Below are positions 50,910 to 64,000 of a DNA stretch of 64,000 bases, piece by piece (within the stretch, counting starts at the first letter, position 1; every line of letters begins with the position of its first letter). Under the pieces are notes generated by a model. It was not told where the DNA came from. It saw only the letters and a program-made list of their open reading frames with translations, and did no database searches. The position numbers and the translations under genes are program-made. The stretch lies in assembly GCA_026026165.1 (NCBI GenBank), contig JAPEUD010000058.1, positions 1 through 64,000 on the forward strand, given 5' to 3'. This DNA is from Sarea resinae (taxonomy: Eukaryota).

Positions 50910-52439
50910 TGCAGAAGTGTGATGTTGGAGTGCGGCGAGGCAACGACGGCGTCAGGGCCGGATGAAGTTGAATTGAACAAAAGATGAGGGAATGTTTCAA
51001 GCAAAGCAGGTGTTTGATGTGACACAGAGGTCGTGAAAGATCGACAATGTTGCGATTATCGAGATCCAATTCGGATCTTGGGAGACGTTTCAGCGAAATT
51101 AATATGAGTGACAATTGGAAGAATGATTCCTCTGGTAGGCTGCGCCCTGGGCTGAGTCGGCTGGGCTGAAGGGGAAATAATGAAGTCACGACGGATACAA
51201 AGGAGTGAATCGTCTTGTTATTGAGCCTGACGAGGGCTTTAAGGATTGGCAGGCGACAAGAATGAAAGGCGTCGACAGATGGAGTAGGAGCTGCGAGAGA
51301 ACAGGTTTGCAGCCTGCACTGCCCCGTAATGTAGGGTTTGCCAAGAGCCCTACAGAGCATTCAAGGAGCTCCAGGCCTCAGACGCTGGAGATTACCTCGA
51401 GGTAGGTGCTCAACAAGCGACGAGCCATGTTTGAGACGAATGAGGGCACGAATGCTCTCGGGTAGCGCCACGACTGCCATGAGTATTGACATGACACTCA
51501 TGGATGACTGGGCGCCTATGAGGATCAATGGAAGCATGCAGTAGGTAGCTCAGGTAGGGAATATTCGATAGAACTCGACGTTATTACCATGTACGATACA
51601 TGCTCCGTCTCCATGTCAAGGGACTGGTGCCGTTCCCGCAGGTCTGAAGCAGCGGAGCAAGGAGAGCAAGGAGAGGACGGCGGGCAGGCAAGGTACTTGT
51701 GGTTTGGGGGCCTCCCAGCACATTACTACATAGTACGTAGCACACAGCGCCTCAAGCCAGTGCCGTCAGTGCGCATACTACCTTAGGTGGTATTCCATCC
51801 CCCCTAGAGTCCATATCTGCCGGTCTCTTCATCGCAACCGTACGACGTACTCGTACTCTCCTTCACGGTGCCCTTCTCACCTCGACCCTGGTTACCGTCG
51901 TGATCCCTACAAATACCAGGCTACCGGCCGGCCTTATACTACAGCGTATGTACTCGGTCGGTCGCAAGCCTAACTGAAAGCGCGCGCTTCCCGTGCTCGT
52001 CCATGCCTGCGTCGTCGTAAGAGATCTGCTCACATGGCGTAGCGCTTGTTGGGCTTCACAGTGAGACAACGTGTCGGACGCATCTGGTTGGCGCCTCAGC
52101 ATGGACAGGTACCTGAGGTAGGTAGGAGGTAAGTTAGGATCCACCAGATACAAGAAAGGTAGGTAAGGTAGGTACCTACATCGCCGTCGGTCACGGCCAC
52201 GGCAGAGGTGATGACGACAACAACTCAGTACGGAGGAGAGGGCCTGGTCGCTGCAGCTTGAGAGAAGAGTGGATTTGCCTCTTCGCTCTTCGAGGGAAAA
52301 TGGCGAGACCAGAGAGTGCGTGTTCGCGCCTCTTTCGCTCTTCTCCTTCTCGGACTTGTTCTCCTTCGTTCTCCTTGGGCCCATGAGGATCGACAACTAG
52401 TGCCTCGGTAGCCCTGCCCGAGGACCCTGAGCGAGTGGG

Positions 52440-52578
52440 CCAGAAACAGCTTGCCAGAAACAGCTTACCAGAAACAGCTTACCTTACGAGGACTGTACTG
52501 TGGAGTACCTTACTGCAGTACACAGTAGGGGGGGGAAGAGAGGGAGAGAGAGAGAGAGAGAGAGAGAAGAGAGAGAGA
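52440..52578. repeat. 14-bp tandem repeat (CCAGAAACAGCTTR) x3 and (GA)n tract
   Basis: Directly visible. Confidence 0.85.
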
Positions 52579-53006
52579 CAGATCGTGGCGGTGAGCAAGC
52601 TCGGTTAGGAGGTTCCATGTCATCTGTGGCTGAGCTCTTCACCTTTGTCATTCCATCGTCATCCATCATCCCATGATGGCTCGCTAGATGAGGTAGCGAG
52701 GTACTTTTGTGGCGGTGCTCTGCCCTTCACCTCTCTCGGAGCTTACCGACCCACTACCGCAGTACACAGTACTTCAGTAAGGTCGAAGCCTAAGGTACGT
52801 GCCCCATACTCGGCCTAGGGAGCTTTACAGGTCGGTGTGGTCGAGTACCGTACGCAGTACTGGCGGGCTGGATCGCGACCATGATCATTATCAGCCGTAT
52901 CGATCATATCCAGCTGCATGAGTGAGATCCGAAGACGCCACCTCATCAGACATGATACTGCTATTGGCGACCAGCCATCAGCATCTCAGCCTCAGAGGAG
53001 CTCTCC

Positions 53007-56000
53007 ATGCCGAGCAGCAATTTCCCAGCTCGCTTCAGACGGCCTTTGCGGGCCTCTCACCTTCGCCGAGTCGACAACAATGGACCGAGTGTCCCTGATG
53101 TCAAAGATGCTGCCTTGAGTGGCTCCGAGAGTCGCCCGCTGACTCCGTCAGGATCTGTCCGCACCGTCATTTCGCCCGGCGGCAATGCTGAGAGAGCCTT
53201 GACTCTGTGGGTCCACGATGACGGCGGTTCCACCAAGGAGGATGCCGTCTTAGATCTGACCCTCTTTCCAAAAGGCAGCGTGAAGCATGGAGACCTGGTA
53301 GAGATCGTAGCCTTCAAGCCGAATAGACCCTTTCGAGACTACCCAGATGCGACCAAGGGCGCAGCCAAGGACGGATCCGGACGGACTCATGCGGCAGTCA
53401 ATCCCGAAGAAACACGGCGGCCAATATCAATGGGTGGGAAACGTTCGCGATCGGTCATTCATGTAGGAGACGACAATGGAGGGACAGCCGATGGAAATCA
53501 GGAGCTGGACCTCCAGAAGCGATTTGTTTTTGTCGTCAAAGATGTCTTCGATAGCGAACAGAAGGCCAAATATCCAAACCTCCAGGTATGCCATGTTGGG
53601 GCAGCCCGTCCCAATTGTATGCTAGGATTGACGCGCCTTCGATAGGTTTGCATCTCATCTCAAATCGCAAATGCGTTTGGCTTCAAAAATCGAATGCCTG
53701 TCATGGTCTCCGTGGTAAGAACTCGGAAAACGACTCCTCCAACGTATTGAAATTGATGAACATCAAACCAGGTCGATCCCTCAGCGCACACTGCATCACA
53801 TGTCGAAATCACCTTTCGTGACGAGTATCTGACTCGCGCTGACATGTGGCGATTGGCCATCTCCGAGCTGAGCAATAAGGCAGTCTACAAGGGGAAGAAG
53901 ATAGTTTTCATGGGCACAATCAAAGCTTCAATCAAGAACGTTTATGTCAAGGGTCGGAAAGTTCGATCTGCATACTTCTCCACCAAGACGATTCCCGTAT
54001 TTCGAAGCGAGTCTGCCCGTTACACCCTATTCATACAAATGTCGAAGGAGATGTGGGACTTTGATTCGGAGGGAAGCGGTGAGATCATGTTCAACAAGAT
54101 TATCAATGGATTCCTGCCAGAGCTCTTCAAGCGATGGGTTCGGATCAACGCCCGACATCTGATCACCATTGTTCTATTCACACGATTGGAATACGAGTGC
54201 AGCGCGGCATCGGGGGCAACCTCTTCGCTGATTGAAGAGGGTGATCCTCGGGCTACTCGCAAGGGCTTCAGAAAATCACATAGAGATTACTATCGAGTCG
54301 TTGTCAGTGATATGGCGAGTGGCGAATGGACTACAATTTTAGATCAGCTTAAGAAAGAGTTCAAGGTCTTCCTGCGAGACGTCTCTATTCAGAAAGTTGA
54401 CCCTGAAGATGTCACTGGGCCTGTTGAACAGGAGTCGGGGGCCGCAGAAAGTCCCGAGTCTATCATCTCCGGCCATCCTTCTGCAGCTATCCATGGAAAC
54501 GTCCTCGAAGCTATCAATCTGGCATCATCGCAGTTTGCAAATGATTACATCGACCGAGACTTGATGCGAACAGGGCTTTCGATTGTCATAATCACTCCCG
54601 GTGTTGGACTCTTTGAAGTCGACTATAATATGCTTAAGATGACCACTGAGGTACTCATTGGTAATGGCATTGGCATTGACCTTGTTTGCTTGTCGAGGAT
54701 GCCTCTTCATTCTGTGCCTTTGTTCAAATACCGAAGCCCTCAGGTTCTCTCCGCCATTGCCCCTGAGGCGCCAATAAAATCTATAAGCAATAGCAGCACG
54801 CCTCGGCAAAAGTTCCTTTACGGTAGCATGGGGGCTCGAACGACGGGCATTTCGCCTTCAAAATTCTCTGAGCTAGGCACGAGCCCGAAGCAGTCCTCAA
54901 ACGCTGTTCCAGATGCGGGTGAATGGTGCTATGCAATCCCTCATTGGATCGACGTCTCTTTTTGGAACGGGGCGTCTGACGAGAGCCAGCGAAGGTTTGA
55001 TGACCGAGGCCACTCGCATCTTTCGTCAGCGCAACACCAAGAACGAATTAAACCTTTCGTTCCTCGCTGTCGAATGTACGAACTCCAAATGATGGGAATT
55101 ATGGAGAACGAAATGAGTAATATATTAATTCCATATCTTCACGAGGGTCGAATTCGATCGTCGGAAATTTCCACCATGTATCCAGGCAGCCATCAGCCTG
55201 GTGCTTACAATTTGAATACTGGCGACGGGACCTATGTGCCGTCATCGGGATATACTTCGCCGACCGCTACAAAGCAGAGCACAACCACGAGATATGGGAA
55301 CACTTTCTTTGGCAGACCTGAACGAGATTACCAAGTATCCAAGCAAGATAAAGAAGCATCTAGGTGGATGGATGTATACGACGATTTAGTCTTTCGCTCG
55401 CCATCACAGCTCCGCGCCGTCGAAAAAGCACCCAGACAGGCCGTTAAGAACGAAGAGCAAAGGGCCAATCAACGAGTACTTGACGACGAGACCCTTGTAT
55501 TTGAGAACTCCTACAGCGATAGCGGGCGCTCCCCGGGTGGGGTATACACCCCTGCAGGAACAGCATATCTTGACCGTAAAATGAAAGAAAGACAAAGGAA
55601 TTTGATTCGTCCAACCGACCGAAAGACTAGTACGATGGCTGTCTCATCACCTGCCGGTCCTCGCCTCGACAGGCCCACAAAGCTATCACGGCAGATCAGC
55701 TTTGGCTTCAGAGGTCTCGGAGTTCCGGTACCCAAAGCAACTGCCAGCACCGGAATCACCTCTGCACACGCGAAACCAGGCCCTATCCTAACTCGTGGCT
55801 TCAATTCACAACCAGTCATCCCTAGTGCAACTTCGGGGCGGCAGCAGAACACCTCACCCGTGTCCTCTGAATTTAGAGCATCATTGGCAAGAGATGGCGA
55901 CAATCGGAGTGAGATCAGTGTTTCGTTGGATCAGGCGGGCAAAAGTGGCGGTGCCCTTCCATCCCAACCAATCGCCATCAAGAGCGCCCTTAAGCCATCA

Positions 56001-58820
56001 GAGGACGGGCAGGCATCAGAGTCTAAGGCCATAGTAGGGTCGCTTCCTCCGAAAGACAGAAGAGATGCGGAAAAGCTTGATGTGCTTCAGGCTGCTTCTA
56101 TGACCAAGCAGGCCGGTCCTAAAATTGATCTGTCGTCTAGTGCGGACGCCCACGAGGCACCCTCAACTTTATCTCCTCACGACGCACTGTCGCCGTGGTT
56201 GACGATATTGAATCCTTCAAATCCGAAAACTGCAGATACTAATCTGACCAGTAAATTTCGTCGTTGGCAGCACGTCTTCCCAAGGCCATTACGCGCCTCC
56301 ACCATCAAATGGAAATCTCTCTGCTCACCTGCAGCGGTACCTTTGACCACAGAGTACTTTCCCACGGCCGAGCAATTGATCGCGGAGTATCAAGAAAGCC
56401 CTTACAAGGTTTCCCAGAATGAAGAGGATGATTTCTCTGAGCTACCGAGAACCCGCGAATCACTAATCCAGGAGCTCGTGGCATTTCGTCTCTCCCATGG
56501 ATTTCAGTTGGTATTCGGGCCGGTTGTTGCTGAGGCCATGGGCAAGCCTTCATTGGAAATGGTCAACGTGTTCGACAACAAGTATTTGGCGGAAGATGGA
56601 GCGATGGTTTTCATGTCGTTGGGCAATACGATACATCAACTGACATGCGTGGAAGGAGACGAGGTGGAGCTCAAAAGATTCATCAGGAAACCAGCAACAG
56701 CGGTGGAAACCTCTACTGGAGCCAGTGCGACGATGATGTATCAACCTGAGATTCAAACTGTGCTGGAAAAGAAGTACAACCCTCGACAGATCTTGCTTTC
56801 GCCTCCAAGGGATGAGTATAATTGGAACTATGTCGACTCATTCATCGCAGGCTATGAGGATGATTTCACGGACCACCTCCGCTTTTGGCGTGCGCGGTTC
56901 GTCTTGATACCAGTAGAAGTGCCACTCAATGCACGCCGTACCGTGGCAGCTACCTCTGAAGACACCCAAGAGGAGATTCGCCTGGAAGGTATTCGAAAGC
57001 TGACACAAATGTGGCAACGCTACCGTTACGTTCCCCCCGATGAGCGACGCTTTCAAGGGCCGGCTCGTCTCCGCAAAGATCCGAACCCCCTAGATATCAT
57101 CTATCAGACGAGAGACCCTTCTGCAATTGTTGCAGCCGAAATCGAAAACCTTCCGTTTGCTGATGGCGATCCTAATTCACGACAAGGCCAGTTACTCACA
57201 GATGCGGCGCCTTTCCAAAGGACGAGTCTAAATCTGTCTCTACTTGCCAGAGAGATACAAGGCGAAAAGGGCGTAAAAATGATTGACAGAAGGTGGCACT
57301 GGAAGCTTCATTATAACTGCTTTATCGGAGCTGATATGACGACGTGGCTGCTCGACAACTTCAAAGACGTGGATACACGTGAAGAAGCTGTCGAGCTGGG
57401 GAATGAATTCATGGAAGAGGGCCTCTTCCAGCACGTCGATAAGAGACATCCTTTCCGCGACGGGAATTTCTTCTACCAGATAGGCACGGCGTATCAGGTT
57501 ACTCGTTCGGAATCGAGGAGCGGCTGGTTTGGGACGCGCCGATCTGACAAATCGGTCCCCGCAACGCCAATTTCGACGGACTCGCCGCAGACCAATCGAT
57601 CTCTCTCAAGTTCGTCCTCTGACGTTTCGTCTGACGACGGAGCTCGAACGCCGACTGGCGGGCCGAAGAAACTGAAGTTTGCTCTCAGCAAAGTGATGAA
57701 GTATGACGTTGACCCTCGTGGAAAGTCGGATCGTCCAGAGCTAGTCAACCTACACTACGATCGATTGCATAATCCGGACAGTTGCTACCACATTCGGATC
57801 GAATGGATGAACGTCACCGCCAAGCTCATTGAGGATGCTCTTTCTACGTGGGCCGTCAATGCTGAGAAGTACGGCCTCAGGATGGTCGAAGTACCCATCT
57901 CGGAGGCTGCCTCGATCAACCAAGTTCATCCCTTTCGAAGCCCATATATAATCCACCTTGCTGCCCAGCCGCCGTCTGTGCAGCCGGAAGATTATTTTGA
58001 CTCGACGTCTTTCGTCCCACAGGCTCAGAAAGACCCTTTTTACTACCACAAGGCCATCTTGCGAGAACACAATTTCGTACTTGACCTAGAAGCTGCCCAA
58101 AACTTTCCTGCCGACGTCGAAGTCAGCTATTCATGGGGTAAACCCGACTACCGGTTTTCGCAATACATCCACCGCTCCGGGCTACTGCTCGCGCAGATCA
58201 CAGACGACGGCACTTTCTTGCTGCTGGCGAATCGCCTCTACAACAATCGGTCCACGAACTCGCAAAAGGATGTGGCCAAGTACGAACGCAGCGAGCACCA
58301 CGACTGGCGCACCTCGTCCTCGTCGTACACCGGCATGCTCCCGCTTCGAGGCGTTGGCGGTGGAGGCGCTGGCGGCGGAGGCGTTGCGGGCGGCGTGGCG
58401 GGTGCTCTGAGCGACGGCGTCTCCGACCGCGCGCTCTCGCCCTTTGCCTCGCCGGCCATGCGCGCGATACCGGACGCCTCGGGCACGGGCTTCGTGGTGT
58501 CGAGCAACGCGAGCGCGTACACGACGGCGGAGCGGATCAAGAATTCGGTCGAGGACTTTTGCAATGACGCCGGCGCGCTGCAGGCGTTTTACGAGGACAC
58601 GCTCAGCAAGGCGGCGTTGCTGCAGCCCGACGAGCCCGGCACGCCCTCGCTCGAGGCCTCGATTCCGTCGCTGAGACTGCCGCCGAGCTTGGCGCTGGGC
58701 CTGGGCTCGCATGAGGGCGTCTCGCCGTTGAGCAGGGGTGTTTCCGGCTCCGGGTCGGGTGCCGGTGCAGGTGCTGCTATGTACACTGGCGCGTCGCTAG
58801 ATTACAGCTATGCCGAGTGA
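53007..58820 (+). CDS. IML1: SEACIT/GATOR1 subunit Iml1/Sea1 (DEPDC5 orthologue); two 5' introns
   Basis: FRSESARY.LFIQMSKEMWDFD, GNVLEAINLA, RRWQHVFP, KWKSLCSPAAVPLTT, DEP domain (DRRWHW..CFIG), HYDRLHNPD and YIHRSG. Confidence 0.95.
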
Positions 58821-59139
58821 GACGGCCTTTCTTGGGGTTGAAGTCCCGATGCGGCGTAATGCAATGCTAGATGTGAGGCTTTAATGAGTTACAGGGGCGT
58901 CTCAGTGTCCCATTTTGTGGTGAGTGGGTGGTGCTAGGGTTAACACTCGTGCCATATAGCATACGGAGCTCGACAAAAAGGCAAGGAAAGGCAAGGCAAA
59001 GGATAGTATAGCATATCATAGTAGGCGAACGGGCAGACGTCAACAGACCGAGTACAGCTTCTTCGCTGTCTTGTCTCGTCTCGTCTTTTGGGCACAAGAG
59101 GCGCGCGTGTGTATATCTGCGTGCATGTATGTGTGTATG

Positions 59140-59234
59140 TATAAATGTTATATAATATAATTTAATTTAATATGATGAACGTATAGTCTACTATAAGAGA
59201 GGGTAGAATAGTACAGGATAGAGATAAAGATACT

Positions 59235-59265
<31 letters not shown>

Positions 59266-59830
59266 GAGGTCTTAGAGATATAAAGATATTAGAAAGGCTA
59301 TACCTCTCTATCCAGATTTATCTCTATGCTGTAACCTTTTGTCTTCTCTTCTCTTCTCTCCTCTTCTTTTATCTTTATCTCTATCTTTTCTTACTCTCTT
59401 CTTTACTTATTCCTTTCTTTACTTATACTCTTATCTCTAGTCTTAGTTCTTGGCTTTCTTCTTATTCCTATTCTTCTTCTTCTTATTCCTATTCTTCTTC
59501 TTCTTATTCTTGCTTTTACTTTAGTATCCTAACCTCTCCCCCCTTTGTTTTTCTCTACTTACTAAGATGACGATTTTCTACCTTCTATTACAATAGTCTA
59601 TTCTTATATCTTAGTCGATTCTTTGTAGTTCTATACAGTCTTACTCTATCTAGTCTAGCTTTATCCTACTCTTCTTCTTTGTCTATTATTTATAAGTTAA
59701 GAAAGATAGAGAGAGAGAGGAATAGGTAGGTAAGTAAGTAGGTTAGTAGGAAATAGTTATAGATCTCTACTCTATTACTCTACCTTATTTTACTCTACTC
59801 TACTCTACTCTACTCCATCTAAGTGCTCTA
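59140..59830. repeat. AT/TpA-rich RIP-like island including (TAA)n and (CTACT)n
   Basis: Sharp GC drop, abundant TA, very few CA/TG; no ORF. Confidence 0.6.
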
Positions 59831-60259
59831 ATACCCTACGCAAGATGCCTCGAGGACATACTCGCTCTCCAATCGACAAGACACAGACTACGTTTCCGTT
59901 TATTTCCAAACCTCATCCCAAAACAAACATCAACAACCACACAGACCAAGCAGTCGTCCGAGCCCTTGCATTCAATTCCAAAGCGAGACCTTTGACAGAC
60001 GCACGCGGAACCAGGCCCTCATCAACCCGGTCCCGTGCCCCGTGGTCTGAGACGTTCGACCAACTAGTTACGGAGGTGTCTCCGAAAGGCCCCAGCTACC
60101 GCCAGGGCGCGCGGGCGCGCGCGGAGATCTCCAGATCAGTCTCGCGAGCGAGCGAGCCATGCAGACCGGACGACGGATTTAGCTTGCCAGCCAGCCAGGA
60201 TAGGACGTGAGAAGCAAATCCGCGCCCATGGTCGGGCGGTCGAGAGAGAGGGGATTTGG

Positions 60260-60288
60260 GATAGATAGATAGATAGATAGATAGATAG
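60260..60288. repeat. (GATA)n microsatellite
   Basis: About 7 units. Confidence 0.95.
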
Positions 60289-61422
60289 CTCCACGGGCCG
60301 GGCGCCGCGTGCCCTGTTCCTGGGACGGCGGACGGCGGACGACTGCCTCCTTCGAGCCCAAGTTCTGGCCCAGCCAGGGCTGTCTGTCTTAGTGCCCATG
60401 CCACCACGACCGGCAGCCCAAGCGTTTGCTCGACAAGCGTGGGGTGTGCAGTGGGGGGTTGGTGCCATTATCACTACAGTAGTATCCCACGGGATTATTC
60501 TGTCGTGCTGTTGGATTACTACTGTATCTACTGTTATACTATGTAATTTTGGACCAGAATCGTACGGACGTTATCATCGTCTACGTGAGCTACCTTCCTT
60601 GCCGGGCTACGGCAGAGCAGCGGCGAGCGCATGAACACGTTCGAGGGTGCTTGGGCGTCTGCGGATCGGCGAGCCGGAAAATGAATGCGAGAGCCATGTC
60701 CCGTCTGCACGGACAGTCAAGGCGACGGTGGGCGCTGACAGGCACCGCTGGGGGAAAACTCAATTGCGCTGTCTCACTACCTTACTCTGTCGTGAGCCGT
60801 CTAGTTGTTGCTATATCGCGGCCTTGTTCAGGCAGCAAGCCCGAGGATAAAGTGGGAAGATACTGTTGGGAAGCTTTGTACTGTTGATCAACACCAGGGC
60901 GGGCTGTTCTCCATCCTGCCTTTGACTTGATACAGTACTGTGGTTCTCGCTGGCGTACGCGTTCGTGTTCGTATTGTGGACGGATGGCAAAGTTAGGAAG
61001 CGGTCAAAGCGGCCAGAGCGGTCGGAGCGACCAAAAGTGATGCCGGCACTACTCCGGAGTACTCTCACATAGGAATTCCCACCTGTAGGGCCAATGGGAG
61101 GAGATTCCATCGTGGAAAGGATGGGAATTTTAGGTTCGACAGAAGAAAAAAACACGGTGGAAGAGCGACGATAAGGAAACGATAGACGCGCAAACGAGCG
61201 CAAGATGGAAGGATGGATAGGATCGTGGGTGTGGCAGCAAGCCGATCGATTAGTGAGGCCAGGTCCTCGGAGACGAACGAAAGAACCCTGGGCTGGGTTA
61301 GGGGTCGTCTGCCGTGCGAGATCCGTCGAAATCAATCCACGATCGTAGCAATCCGCCTTGCCAGTGAGCTGACCGGCGCTCAGAGGAAATGGGGTGGGTG
61401 GACATCTGATCGAGGAGTTGAA

Positions 61423-61466
<44 letters not shown>
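61423..61466. repeat. (CAT)n microsatellite
   Basis: About 14 units. Confidence 0.95.
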
Positions 61467-61978
61467 CCAACCTTCCCTCTGCATCGCGAACTAATATCCC
61501 ATCGCGGCCGTGCCATCGTGATAGACAGAGCCTCGTGCCGGGAGAGAGCCAAGAGTCCCGTCATGGAGCAGAACTATGTAGTATGTACGCGACGGACCAA
61601 CAGCGCCCACCGACATCGGTATCGGCATGGCTCCGGCGTGCGGTCGCTCACCTTCCCTTCCCTTCTCTTTCCTTGCCGTCTCGCACCCACACGCCCATCC
61701 CGTCTCTCAGATGGACGTCCCGAGGAAGCCGAGAGATGGCGGCGCGGAATGGGGTAGGCGAGGCCATGGGCAGTAGCTTCGGGGCTTGTCGAGGGTTTCC
61801 GACTGAAGGGGATGATTGTCCTGGCTATCGTCGACGATCGGCCTGGATAGGGGAGGCCGACGCGCTGCTAACGATGGCAGGGACGGGATGGCTTGGCTGG
61901 ATAGTTGGAGAGGGCAGGGGGCCGGACGAGGAGGGCAAGCGAGGTGGACGGGCGCTAGGAAATTGCTTTTTGGCGGCA

Positions 61979-62010
61979 GGAATAGGAATAGGAATAGGAA
62001 TAGGAATAGG
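61979..62010. repeat. (GGAATA)n microsatellite
   Basis: 5 units. Confidence 0.9.
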
Positions 62011-62446
62011 TGCACAGTGAGAGCGGTACGGTGCAGTACTGAAGTACTCCGGAGTATGTAGGTGTCGAACTTCGACTCTACTTCAATTGAGTACGCAGCA
62101 AGTGTCACGATGGGAGAGGAGGGAGACGCGTCAGGTCACTTGGGCATCGATGCTAACGTGGTCGATGATGGTCACTGTCGTTGCTAGCGAGAGGAGATCA
62201 ATAGAGTACAGGGATGGATTGATGTGTTGTCTCTCCAGTTGTCAGCCTTATCTCCGTTAGATTAAATGCTGCAGCACGCCTATCGCAATCAGATCAATGA
62301 GATGGATGACCGTGGCAGCTTTCTAGACACCGACCGAGGTGTCTTGTCTTCTTGTCTCACCGCTGCCCTCTGGGAGATTATGTGATCATCACATCAGAGA
62401 TCATGGGTGTTTTTGTAGAAGATGAGGGGCCATGGAGAGAGACGAG

Positions 62447-62474
62447 CTTCTTCTTCTTCTTCTTCTTCTTCTTC
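62447..62474. repeat. (CTT)n microsatellite
   Basis: About 9 units. Confidence 0.9.
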
Positions 62475-63614
62475 TCCGCATTCCTCTCGCCCGACTTCCG
62501 AGCTCGTGCCTAAAAAAGGTGGCTCGCCGACTCGGCGTGATCATGCCCCGGACTCGAGCAGGGTTACGAATCCTGGGGTCGAGGGTTTCCCTTCGTCTTG
62601 ACTGGAGAGAGAAGGAGAGGGGATGGAGGGGCGCTCGACTGCTCGACGAGACGCGGCACGGCACGGCAATTGACTCTGTACATCTCATCTTCTGACGCCG
62701 AGGGAAGAAGGAAAGAGGAAAGAGAGAGAGGAGACGGGAGGTGACGGCAGGAGAGCGTAGATACGCAGGAGATACATCGGGTCGTGTGTAGAAGGACGTG
62801 TCAGCCCTGTCAGATGATGATGATGATACCTGATGTATCGCGGTGGATGATGTATCACTCCTCTCCCTTCGCTCACCGCCAGTCTGGTGCGTACCTTCGT
62901 GAGGTAGAGAGTAATGCCGAAAATCCCCTACCCTCGTCCCTGTCCCCCGTCCATGTCGCCGCTCGCACTTGCACTCGCACGCAGAGTTGAAGTACAGTAC
63001 GGATGAAGTACTACCCACCATGTACTCCGAGTACTCTGTATCCGCTGCTCTCGACCTGCTTGCTCTCGACCTCAGATGGCCGTTGGATATACATCCCGTA
63101 GCTATCGTACGTAGGAGTCCTCGGTCCCAGGGTATCCATCCATTTCTCTGATCAATCTCATCTCAGGATCTTCATCGTCGTCAATTATCGTCCATATTCT
63201 TTCTTCGTCGAAAGCCGCTGTACCGCTGAGCTCCGAGAGCGATGCGATTTATACACTGGAGACCTGAGATACCTCTACGATAACGGTACGAGTACAAGCC
63301 ATCCATACCTCCCTCATACATCATATGTCGTACATCTACCGATCTCATCGGAATCTCCATCACCGATTCACATCTGATTAAGCTTCACCTTCACCTTCAG
63401 CCAGTCTGTCTGACATTTCGCTCGTCGCTGTCAATCCTCATCCCATCCATCTAATACAGACCCTTGAGAGGTCCCTTCTTCTCGATACATACACAACTTC
63501 CGCCATGGTCGCGCGATCGGCGTGGCCACTGCAAGCTTGACGCCCCGTCGGACCGCCACGGAACGATCATCATCGTCCCCAAGCTGATTGAGAGCTCTTC
63601 TATTCAAAACCATC

Positions 63615-64000
63615 ATGCTTGGGCAGCTCTTTCACAGGATCGCACCGTCTGGACATAGTAATTCATCGACTCCGCGCGCCTCGACGTCGTTGGAGTCGGT
63701 GACCGAAGACGCGCACACGCGCAACCTACTCTTTCCCGACCCGGCCCTCTTGAGCCAGTCTCAGGATCATGCCTATCCACTCTACAATGGGAACCCGTGC
63801 GCTTCGACCGCTTCGTTGGGGGCCTATGATGATGTGGGGGAGATTGACATGGAGAGTGGCCGAGATGTCCGAATCTTGATTGCCCAAGATTCGACCTCGT
63901 CCCTAGGAAAAACCGTCCTCTTCGATTCAAAGCCTCCACCACCGAAACCAGTCACGGCGAGAAACTCGATGCCCCTGTCACCTCTGCGCAATGGTGAAAA
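63615..64000 (+). CDS. LST4: 5' part of probable folliculin-interacting protein (Lst4/FNIP N-terminal domain); runs off the window
   Basis: Not in the ORF track (no stop in window); manual translation MLGQLFH..SLESVTEDAHTRNLLFPD..RDVRILIAQDS..VLFDS resembles the fungal FNIP N-terminus; atcATG context. Confidence 0.65.
   Translation, partial: MLGQLFHRIAPSGHSNSSTPRASTSLESVTEDAHTRNLLFPDPALLSQSQDHAYPLYNGNPCASTASLGAYDDVGEIDMESGRDVRILIAQDSTSSLGKTVLFDSKPPPPKPVTARNSMPLSPLRNGE

Noticed and set aside
61295..61303. CCCUAACCC on the minus strand (also ACCCUAACCC at about 7324-7333, plus strand) as a telomerase RNA template in a long gene-free spacer
   Set aside because: A 9-10-mer is plausible by chance in 64 kb. 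I could not identify a pseudoknot, a P6.1 hairpin, or an Sm site with an AUAAGU 3' signal. A covariance-model search would settle it.
59845..63400. Several 100-220-aa ORFs with poly-M, H, I, D or R
   Set aside because: Produced by (CAT)n, (CTT)n and (GGAATA)n microsatellites; no protein-like signal

Overview
Gene-dense nuclear DNA from a filamentous ascomycete (Pezizomycotina-type introns with CTRAY branch points). About 19 protein-coding genes in order: GCP4, secreted aspartic protease, MFS transporter, omega-like GST, UBA1, CHO2, NBP35, a coiled-coil hypothetical, a PflX-like radical SAM protein, a secreted GMC oxidoreductase with a Ser-rich tail, ARC1, two divergent genes sharing a His/Val/Thr-rich 'allergen-like' module, a Zn2Cys6 factor, con-10, MCM6, VCX1, IML1 and the 5' end of a probable LST4/FNIP gene. 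No tRNA, rRNA, CRISPR array or intact transposon was recognised. Two TpA-rich RIP-like islands and many microsatellites are present. The most interesting signals are hidden N-terminal isoforms: a strong-context CUG adding an NLS-like peptide to UBA1, a strong-context CUG adding a mitochondrial-type presequence to ARC1, and a leaky upstream AUG doing the same for the GST. Also notable are uORFs in front of two neighbouring Rag-GAP genes and a possible stress/spore hydrophilin neighbourhood. Exon boundaries were derived by hand and family calls by motif recognition; no searches were run.
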